Shown: one piece after another, positions 32,992 to 42,516 of the stretch
How positions within the stretch are numbered: position 1 is the first letter of the stretch
Layout of the letters: each line of letters begins with the position of its first letter
Source of the DNA: Mesotaenium endlicherianum
Taxonomy: Eukaryota
NCBI GenBank assembly: GCA_009602735.1
Contig: WELA01000281.1
Coordinates: forward strand, 200,519-243,034
Length of the DNA: 42,516 nucleotides
Direction: 5' to 3'
The notes under the pieces: generated by a model
Seen by the model: the letters and a program-made list of their open reading frames with translations, nothing else
Databases searched by the model: none
What the model was told of the DNA's origin: nothing
Program-made: the position numbers and the translations under genes

Positions 32992-33098
32992 CTGCCACCT
33001 CAGCACAGCACAGAGCACGGCGCACAGCTCAGCACGGCGCCGCCCGCGTGGCCCGCCCACCGCCGGGTGTGCACGTGGGTGCGTGGGCGCGCGTGGAG

Positions 33099-33189
<91 letters not shown>

Positions 33190-35023
33190 NTATCCGCTGG
33201 CTTGACAGCAGTCGCCAGCACCAGTATAATGAAAGGCTGGTAAGACAGCAGAAGGAAGCTACTTGATAGAGGCTGACAGCGGAAACGCTGGTGAATTGCT
33301 AAGAGGAGGAAAGTCGGCCGCTTAGAGAGCGCCCCCCCTTGCCTGGCTGCTGCTTATGCGCATGCCCCATGTCCTATGCTCACTATAGCCCTGCCCCCCA
33401 CTNATGCATGTCTATCAGCATGCCCACCGTAAGTTGAAGCGTTACAGGCGGTTCAGGTGCTGCCATAACAGCACAGCACGGCCAGCTCAGCGCAGGACAG
33501 CACGGCTGGCGTGCACCGAATGCGGCAGCGGCGGAGCAGGCTGCGCATGCAAAGGGTAGGGCGCAGGCGGTGACCCGATTACAGCCACCTGGCGGGCTAA
33601 GAGACTAGGGCAGAGAATTTGCGCCAGCACCACATGCAGCACGTGCACGTGCGTGTGTGTGTTTGAGGCAGCCCCGCAAAATGCTTCATTTTCTTCGAAA
33701 AGAAACCCTACACACAAACTCACTGCAGCCTTGTTGCCACGAGCTTTACGGCTGAAGGAATTGAATTACAACAACCCTGAAAAAATATATGCCTGAATTT
33801 TTAACCAAAAGCACGAATGAACCCCTTACACTCCGAAACTCAGGCACATCTAAATCCGAAATCGCAACCCCCGCACGCCCGCGCAGCAAGCGCACAAACC
33901 CCAGGGCGGCGCATTGGAGGAAGAAGACTGCCTGCCAACAACCCGCAATTCTACACCTCAAAAATCAGAAACTTCTTACTCCAACGCGTCCTGTCAGCCC
34001 TCTCTCACGAGCATGCATGCAGCCCCCCTTCCCCTCCTCCTAGAAATCTCTGCCCCTTCAATTGATTTATCTCCTCCTGAGGTTGGCCAACGCTCTCGTC
34101 TGACAACTACTGCCCGGCAAGGGCAGCGTGGGGAGGCCTCTCCGAGCGAGAGACAAGGAGCGCTACAAACCCTGAGAGAGGTATGCCTCTCACTTTTCTG
34201 TCGCAGACATCCCTGTGACTCTTACAAGCCAAAGCCCAAGTGTGGAACCCAATTCAAGAATCAGGGTTCAAGGTAAACCCAACGCACCGACCCCAGCCCC
34301 GAGCCCCTGCCGCGGCAGTCTCGACATACGTGCGTTCCAAAAACAGGCGTGCCGAAGCATCTCAACTGAGCGCGCGTGCAGAGCAAGGCGCAGGCACTGC
34401 CGCCCACACAGCACAGGCAAGGCCACACGCGCGCCGACAAGGCGGGCACAAGCCTGGCGCCGGCCGGGCACAGGTCGGGCACAGGTCGGGCACAGGTCCG
34501 ACATGGCTCCAGCCCTCCATCCGCAAGCTCCGGGCTGTGGGGGCCCCATGCAGAGAGAGAGAAGAGGATGTCTAGCATTTGTAGCCCTCTGAATATCCCC
34601 CCGCATGTTATCTACTATCTCTTATTCCCTCCCTGCGCTCGAATTCCTGTGTGCTTTGTCGGAGATTTCTAGTCGTGTATGTCCTGGGTGGGTACCGGAT
34701 ATGAAGGATCGGCTGCAATACATGCGAGCTAGTGCGGAGAGGGCATGCACTAGGACCCACGCTCCCGCGACGGGCAGGGGGGCCAGGGCGAGGTCGGCAC
34801 CGGAATGCTGGGGCTAGATCGAGGACTAGTCTGAAACGAGCGTTCAGAATAGGGCAGGAGGGTTCATGAACGGGGGTGGAAGTAGGCTACATGTCAAAGC
34901 TAAAGTCTAGTGCTAGGGTCGGAGCGATGAGGCCGAGGCCGGGTTGAGTTGGGGGAAGACAGAAGTTGGGCCTACATGAGGGTTTATTTTTGAGTTAGGG
35001 TTTCGATGAGGGTTAGGTTAAAC

Positions 35024-35121
35024 CAGCAAGGGCGCGGCGGAGGTCGCCAAATCCGGTGGTAGTCCAGATGCCTCGCTGGAGCCGGTACCGCGCCGCCCGC
35101 GATGCCGCCTGCTCTGCCGCG
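35024..35121 (-). CDS. Transglut_core2/SirB1-TPR family protein, exon
   Basis: AARYRLQRGIWTTTGFGDLRRALA; phase 2 in and phase 1 out, matching the neighbouring exons. Confidence 0.85.
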
Positions 35122-35177
35122 CTGCCACGTGGCAGCCAGCAGTAGTTTGCCCGCATCCAGCCCGACGTGCATAGAAG

Positions 35178-35290
35178 TGCACGCGCACGCGCGCACACAC
35201 ACTCACACACACACACACGCGCGCGCGCGCGCGCAGAGAGAGAGGCGCACACACACAAAAACACAACATGCACACGCACACACACACACA
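35178..35290. repeat. Intronic (CA)n/(CG)n alternating purine-pyrimidine microsatellite
   Basis: Directly visible. Confidence 0.85.
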
Positions 35291-36159
35291 GAGAAAGCGA
35301 GCATCATACCCACAGTATAAAAAGGTGAGGGCAATTCTTTGCATGCCATACTCTCCCCTTCCCCCCCCCCNACCACCACAAAAGGGTCCCCGTGAGGAAC
35401 AAATGCTCAGGACGCTCTCAAAGCTTCAATATTTTGTGCGCCAACAGTGCCCTCCATCACAGAGGGCCCCCCAGCGAGCCAGAAAACGAACTCTTGGTGC
35501 CCTAAACCCTCTCCAAGCTTCTTAGGTCTCGCAGCATTTTCAGGGACTTTTGCAATGGCGAAAACTCTCAGGATGCTCTGAAGAGCTGACACTTGTCTGT
35601 GCCCAGGGCGTGTAAGAACAACGTGGATGATGAGGCAAATAGACGCTCCTTCCTCCCTCCCTCCCTCCCCTGCTCTCTCCCCCTCCTTCCCACTCCCTCT
35701 TCCTCCCTCCATAATCCTTCGGGCACTGTAGCATAGAGCGTACTTCGCGCAGGAGCGTGCGGAGAGCTGACAGGTGGCGTAAACGACCACGCCTGCCTGC
35801 TGCAAACCAAGAGAGAGGGGGGGCTGTCTGCCGGGGACAGCCCACGCCCTCGCATGCGTCCAATAACAACAAGAGAATGGGCACAAGGAGCCGCCCCGCC
35901 AATGGCCTTGCGATCCTGAAAGTGCTCGCATGTCTAAAGCCTGGCCCCGCATTTCCAAACCTTAAGAACGTACGCCACCACCTGTTAACTCCAGCAAGCG
36001 GTTACGCCCAGCCCAAGGAAGCAGTCACAGTCAACTCCAGCCAGCCAAGCAGTCAACCAAGGTACGCATGCACCAGAGGCAAGCAAGTGCAGTCAACCCA
36101 GGCACTTGAAATTTCAGAAAAGAAAACAAGTAAGAAGAAGATCTCGCATGGGGTAGTAC

Positions 36160-36317
36160 CTCTGGCCGCCCTCAAAGGAGCTGGCGGAGGAGCCCATGGA
36201 GCCCACTCCCGAGCCGCCACTTGTTGCCGCCTCAGCCGCCTCAACAAACCCGCTGCTGCCACCTGTCCGGCCGTGCCAGCGCCACGGCCAGTAGAGCTCC
36301 TTCAGGGCGCGCAGGAC
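36160..36317 (-). CDS. Transglut_core2/SirB1-TPR family protein, exon
   Basis: VLRALKELYWPWRW...SSGFVEAAEAA; ccgcAG acceptor and phase-2 donor. Confidence 0.85.
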
Positions 36318-37052
36318 CTGCGGGAGGAGGACACGGCCCCAGGCGCCCCCCACAGAGACCGTGCCAGGTGTCAAAACCCAGCGGGTGATGTTCGACTGCC
36401 CTGCCGCCTGCTGCGGCAGCACCTTCCCCTTAGACGGAGCTGCGTTTGGTGACGATGCATAAGACACTGTTATCTGTTTTCTTGTCATTTTTCAATGAGA
36501 ATTGATTCGCGTCTTTTTTCTTCCACTCTCTTTAGCAACTCAGGGAAGAACAGTATCTCTTGCTCCGAAAGCCATCCCGAAGCGGCGTGAGGAAACGAGA
36601 GATGCCAGTCACGAGAAGCTGTCACCTTTTTGTATTTGAGAACAAGAGGCCAACCATAGCCGTGCAGAGAGCCCGTCGAAGTTCTCAGACAAGAGAGGCG
36701 GTGGAGAGAAAGAAAGGAAAAGAGAAAGAGACAGGTAGGGCCACGCGGAGCACGCCGGCTGTTTCCTGGGTCTGAGACAACGGGCATCTCATTGAGATCG
36801 GGGGCCCGCTTCTGAAAGGCCAGACATTCCCCGCTCTACTTTTTTAAGGGTTAGGATACAAGGTTTTTAAAATGAGGGGAAGGGACCCAAAGGGCCATGC
36901 GGATCATCTGAGAGAGTGCGCCTGAGTGGGCCGGAGCAAGTGGCAATCTGGAGCTGAGCTGGCATGGAAGTCCCACGCGTCAGCAACTGATCAGAGTCGG
37001 GTTTTGCGCAGTTGAGCGGTCAGGGTCTTGCGACAACCAGCCGGAATATCAC

Positions 37053-37499
37053 CTCGTAGAGCAGGAGCTGCGCCGTGAGAATCACACGTGGCGCTGTCTC
37101 GGGCTCTCCATAGTCGCCGCCTGTCCCTCCCCTCCTCTCCTCCTCCTCCTCCTCTGTGGGCGGCGGCATGGCTCTGACGTCCTCGCCCGTTACAGTTGTC
37201 AGGTCCGGGTCGGCCACTGATGCGACGCCACCAGGCGCAGGCCGTCGGCTGCTCCTTTCTTCTTGTGGGCTGACGGGGGTCCCGCCACCTAGCACTGCGC
37301 CGCTACCTGTTCCCGTGCTGCCACCTGTCGCTGCGCTGGAGGGCGCCAGCACCACCCTTGGGTGGGGCAGGCTGATGGGATCCAAGGGCAGCTCCATCTC
37401 GACGCGGAAATCAATTGCGCCCAGGTGGCGCATTCTGGTCGCGAGCTCGCTGTAGACGAGCGCCAGCATGACGGATGTGCCCCTGGCGCGCGTCAGCAC
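37053..37499 (-). CDS. Transglut_core2/SirB1-TPR family protein, exon
   Basis: VLTRARGTSVMLALVYSEL...VILTAQLLLYE; 447 bp, phase 0/0. Confidence 0.85.
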
Positions 37500-37729
37500 C
37501 TGCCCCACAGGAGGCCGAAGCAAACAAGAGGGGCGGGGCCAAGCCCCCCGGGACATGCGTGAGCCAAAACACGAGCAGGATGAATTTTGTATATGGCAAG
37601 GTCGCACCGAAACATTCCGCAAATCAACAGCGACGTACTATCCTCACAGCAGAAGGTCCTCCCATTCAAGGCAGATATTGATAGCATACACGAACCGTTC
37701 TCAAATCACCTCACTTCACATACATGCTG

Positions 37730-37815
37730 CATTTGTATACATGTGTTATATATATGTATGTACATATATATATATATTATATATATGCATATGTATATGT
37801 GTATATACATATGTA
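37730..37815. repeat. Intronic (AT)n-rich microsatellite; a similar tract lies at 38320-38510
   Basis: Directly visible. Confidence 0.85.
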
Positions 37816-38024
37816 GGTTTGCCCCCTATAATACGTAGTAAGGGAAATTTCTACACAAATACATATCCAACTTCAGCGCTTGCTCACGCCCAGAAGCAAA
37901 CTCCACGCACCTGGCTCCGCACAAGGAGGGATGCATGCCCGTGCATTAATTACTTTGTGTCTCGTCACATCATGTCTCTGATGTCTCATATTTCTCATAC
38001 TCCAACAAGGGAAAGAAAGCTCAC

Positions 38025-38084
38025 CCCGTTGAGGTACAGGTCGCGCGCGTCGGCCACGCCCGCCGCGCTTGCTCGCTTGAAGCC
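38025..38084 (-). CDS. Transglut_core2/SirB1-TPR family protein, exon
   Basis: GFKRASAAGVADARDLYLNG; GTGAGC donor. It completes the family motif YL+...GF......D....YL..VL..R.G. Confidence 0.85.
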
Positions 38085-39496
38085 CTGCCAGATATTGCAC
38101 AGCAGTCGCACAGCGCTCGCCCCCCCCGTGAGAGGCCCGCCCCGCGAGAGTGGTCCGTTGCACTCGTTGCGTGCGCTTGCTTGAAGCCCTGCCGGCCAAC
38201 GCAGAGAGCCTGCCCCGCACGGGTGGCCCGCTGCACGCGCATTCGCTCGCTTGCTTGACGCCCCGACAGAGCACGCCCCACGCTTGAGTTTGCAGATAGT
38301 CGACATTCGTACATGTGTTGTACAAATATACATTTATATACATCTATCTACATTGATGTATATATGTGTGTGTGTACATACACACACATCAATCTAAATA
38401 TATATGCATGTCTATATATATATGTCTATATATGATATATATAGACACACACATGTATACATATATATACATATATAGTACAAGTGGTTATATACATTTC
38501 TATATACCATCCAAGTAAACGTCACTTGGCATTGTCACATTCAGAGTTTGGCAATGGTACTGGGGAGTATCGCACGACCTGCATTAAGCAAATCTCGTGC
38601 AATAAGAAGGGGGGAACAGAATGACAAGAGAATGCTTTTAGTTGCGTGTGCGCAAGTCCTCGACCCCCGCCTACTTTGGATGCTTGCAATTAAAAGCGCT
38701 CGCAATTCAAGGAACAGTGAAAAACTCTGATGTCCATACAGAAGGCATCTGCCCGTGCCTTCGCCGGATGCGTGCAGCTGGGGGCACTCCCTCTGTCATG
38801 CATACGAACATCATCCCCCTGATAAAGCTCCCCTCTCTTGCTGCCTGAAGACTGAGCAGTCCCTTGAGGCCTGCAACTGAAGAAGGGTTCAGCTCAGGGT
38901 TGGGCTTAGGGTTGGCCTTAGGATTTGGCTTCAGCCTTTCAGACTTTCAAAAGGATAGAATTGGTGGCGTTTGAACGGCCGAGGTCTAAACTAGGGTTGG
39001 GGGTGCGCTTCTGGCCAGGAGCTTGATGTACATAAATACGTATTATACACGCATTACGCATAATATGTAAACATATGTTCATAAATCGCAAATACTGCAA
39101 AAATACGTATTATACACGCATTAAGCATAATATAGGAAGAGACATAATTTTGCAAAACGCATCACCACTATCACAAACAGAATACCCAATAGGCATACCC
39201 GAGTTTTATGGTCTTATTCTAAACAAAACTATTATTGACACGTTTGAGATTCTTGCTATATTTATAACATCAAAGGTTCTGGATTCAGGTTTAGGAAAGG
39301 ATCAGTCGCTGTGGGGCCAAATTAAGATTAGGGTCAGAAATTGGGGAGGGGGTTTAAGCAGGGTGGGGTTCAGGGTCGGGAAGAGGGGGGGTCCCAAGGG
39401 GCAGTGGTGCGGCTGTTGCATCTGCAGGCGAGTCAAGGAGGCTTTTGATTGGGGAGAGTGCCACCTGGCAGCAAGGCAGCAGCAAGAGAGCACTCG

Positions 39497-39528
<32 letters not shown>

Positions 39529-39786
39529 ACACGTATAGCTTATGAATCTCTACAATTTCTGTGAAGTGTATGAACAACAGCATAAGCAACTTAGCGGGAA
39601 TTTACGTCATAGGAAGATGTATACAAGACTATTGAAGATAATCCAAAACACTAAATTCGTTGAAGGTTTGGTTGTTAGCGCCAGTAGCCGCCCCCACCCC
39701 CCTCCAATCCTTCCCTAGAGTGACAGAGAAAAGGGACAAGAAGGAAGAGAGGGAGTGAGAGGGGGGGGGACCGGGGGGGCAGGGGN

Positions 39787-39916
<130 letters not shown>

Positions 39917-40151
39917 GATTGAACACCTTTCTACAGGCCTTTCTGAAAGGAAACTGCCAGGAAAAGCAAAAGCGGAGGTACTTGATAGCAGCCAACGGGA
40001 GAGTGAGGGTGAAGAGATGCAGCCCATGGGGAGAACTAATATGAAACGATTACAATGACAGCTGGCAAAGCGATAGTGGAGACGAACAAGGTGGCTGCAG
40101 ATGGCGACACCAACCGACGCTGATGTGGGACACAGCGCTGACGTGGCACAC

Positions 40152-40517
40152 CTTGTAATGGTACAGGTAGCGGTCGATGGCGGCGAGGACGGCCTCGGGC
40201 GTGCGGTCCTCGCGCCTCACTGGTAGGTGGTGGAGCGCCAGCTCAGACGCCATGCTGTCAAGGCGTGCCAGGTAGGCGGGCACGGGCAGTGCCACAGGCG
40301 AGTGGCTGACGAGCGCGTCGTCCTCCGCCGCAATCTCGAGCGCCGCCCTCGCCAGATCTACGGCCGCTGTAACTGCTTGTGCTGCTGCTGCTGCCGCTGC
40401 CGCTGCTACTGGTGCTCCTGCTGCTGCTGGTGGTGCTGCTGCCTGAGGTGAACACCCTGCTGCTGCACCTGCAGCTAGGATCTTGGCAACCTCACTTGCA
40501 AAGCCGGCTCTTGCAGC
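40152..40517 (-). CDS. Transglut_core2/SirB1-TPR family protein, first identifiable exon (upstream exons unresolved)
   Basis: AARAGFASEV...VDLARAALEIAAEDDALVSHSPVALPVPAYLARLDSM...AIDRYLYHYK; 366 bp, phase 0/0. The seven exons splice in frame to 478 aa, resembling from memory the plant At4g19160-type proteins. Confidence 0.87.
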
Positions 40518-40584
40518 CTGCCACGTGTCAGGGAAACAGGAAGTGGGGCAGGCGGGCATGAGATGGGGCTAACTGCAAGTGCTC

Positions 40585-40772
40585 CCTTCTCCCCCTCTCC
40601 CTCCGCCTTCCCCTCTCCCTCTCCCCCTCTTCCCCTCCAACTCCCGCCAACTCCCTCCCTCTCCCTTTCTCTCCCTCTCCGTCTCCTCCCTCTCCGCCTC
40701 CTCCCTCTCCTCCCTCTCCCTCTCCCTCTCTCTCCCTCATCTACCCCGTTCCCCTCCTCCCCTACCCCCCCT
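40585..40772. repeat. Intronic CT-rich polypyrimidine/polypurine tract
   Basis: (ctcc/ctctcc)n, directly visible. Confidence 0.85.
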
Positions 40773-41433
40773 CTACACTATTGCGTGCGTACGCAGCCCA
40801 GATTCACCTTCTCCGGAGCTCTCCGGCCTGAAACCCAAAAGCGTCTCTTTACCTCGAGCTGNGGAGCTCTCCGGCCTGAAACCCAAAAGCGTCTCTTTAC
40901 CTCGAGCTGAAACCCTGACTGGCGCGACCTCTTGACCGGTCAAACCCTGAACCCTGGGCCCGCTCAGCTGAGATTGGACACCCAAAGTGAGCATGGCCCT
41001 CAACGCTCAAGTCCCCCACATCTCAAAAGCTCTCCTGTTCCAGAGCAAAGCCTGAACCTCCGAGCGTTCACACCCTGAACTTGCATCACGTTAAATCCCT
41101 AATCCCAAAATCCAAAGCATTCAAAAGGGACAGACGCACACCCTCAACTCCTCAGCCCCTTGAACCCAGGACTCTATTCCCTAAAACCCTAGGCCCTCTC
41201 AATCCCCCAAAACTCTGAAGCCTCAGTCGGGTACCCTAAGCCCTGGGGGGAACACCTCACACCTCATACCGATACCTGGATACCCCAGAACTATGATCCC
41301 TTAAACCCTGAACCCCAGAGCCCTTCGGCCCTTTGCCAGGATTCATCGACCCGGAAAATTAATCGAGGACCAGGGGAGCCCACCCAGAGCACACGCCCGA
41401 GTCTTTGCAGGCTGAGGTGGCACATCTGAGGGG

Positions 41434-41548
41434 CAGGCATGCGCTGAGCTGGCAGGCAGGCATGGGCTGAGCTGGCAGGCATGGACTGAGCTGGCAGGCA
41501 GGCATGGGCTGAGCTGACAGGCAGGCATGGGCTGAGCTGGCAGGCAGG
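41434..41548. repeat. Minisatellite with a 19-23 bp unit, (GGCA)GGCAGGCATGGGCTGAGCT, about 5 copies
   Basis: Directly visible tandem units. Confidence 0.85.
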
Positions 41549-42516
41549 CCTGTTTGAATCCGGGATGTCGATGACCAGCAACAACCGGACGCCAGCACCG
41601 TGGCAGCTGTGAGATTCAGCCTCAACTCGCGGGAGAGCCACGAAGACCTGAAGGATGTCTCTAGTTCAGCGGGGGAGTAAATCCTAACCCTAAGCCTGCA
41701 ATTTGGAAGGACGCCCCCCCACGCGCAAGAGGAAGTCCCAAACCCTAGAGTGGGCCTGATGCGCTTTAAGAAGGCCCAAACCCTAGAAAAAAAATTCAGA
41801 CTCTTCGGACGGCAGACGTGCCAGGTGGCGGGCTGCGCACGCTCCGCATCCCAACATCCCCCCCTTTCCAGCTCGCCCAACGAGACCGTCAGTTCAAACC
41901 TGAACCCTCGCCTAAGTGCTCGCGCAAACTCTATGGCCGCTTGAACCCGAAGGCCGCTCACTGCCCGAGTATACTTGAACCGTCATTGTGAAGCGTGAGA
42001 CACACTGTCGGCAATACCCTGCCAAGAATCCTGACCAACTACTTGCGCTCAAAACCCTCACTCGATTGATCCCCTCATTGACAGGCAGTGCACGCTCCAC
42101 TTCCGGAAACAAAGAGAGATTGACAATGATTTGTAAGTTTCAAGTATACTGAAGAAAGAGAGGTGATGCCACATCAGCAGCCAAAAGAGGTCGCTGTGGA
42201 GGAAAGGGGTATGGGAGGTCCAGAAAGAGCAGAGAGAGAGTGGAAGGGGACAGCTTGAGGCGTGCGATGGAACACCAGGAAAGGAGTGAAGAGTGAACAG
42301 AAGCAGCTCGGATGATACGATGGAAAGAGGCGGAACCAGATGTGAGGTGGGGCTGCAATCAGAGCCCAGTGCAAACGCGCACCTGTAATCTCACAATCTC
42401 CTGTTCTGCCAGTCAGAAGAAGCATGCAGGTCAGCCAGCTGGCTGGGAGATCGGGCGGCCGGGCTGCAAAATCTGAGCAGTGTTTGCAGCAGCAACAACG
42501 TGCTGAGAGCCCCCCC

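Noticed and set aside
33098..33190. Long poly-C tract (and poly-G at 39787-39915) giving poly-Pro/Gly ORFs or G-quadruplexes
   Set aside because: Both abut Ns, so their lengths are unreliable and probably sequencing or gap-fill artefacts; both are intronic.
40815..40909. Exact 47-bp direct repeat
   Set aside because: The copies are separated by a single N, typical of an unmerged contig overlap in scaffolding.
40900..41900. Telomeric repeat array, or the first exon of the Transglut_core2 gene
   Set aside because: The AACCCT motifs are dispersed, not tandem. I could not find an upstream exon with a convincing phase-0 donor and family similarity.

Overview
Eukaryotic, intron-rich, TE-dense scaffold from a green-lineage organism; a streptophyte alga is inferred from the plant-type PsbW and GH9 and the GC-rich exons. 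It has N gaps at 1310-1732 and 5968-6538. Host genes: PsbW (2 exons, +), intronless SDHAF4/DUF1674 (+), a 7+-exon Transglut_core2/SirB1-TPR-type gene (-), an orphan exon and a GH9 endoglucanase pseudogene fragment. Mobile DNA: a chromovirus integrase fragment, an intact piggyBac transposase with an unusual N-terminal extension, a DIRS remnant, a TRIM-like mini element, and a nested cluster of one Ty3/gypsy chromovirus family with five LTR copies. The young chromovirus (14690-23895) is the most interesting object. It has a -1 frameshift signal with a candidate long-range pseudoknot, and an inverted solo LTR of its own family inserted in its chromodomain (TSD CGATG). It also carries an extra ~559-aa non-env ORF3 after pol, bracketed by duplicated PPT signals and preceded by an 85-bp tandem repeat and a likely leader intron. 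All calls come from reading the sequence by eye; no searches were run.
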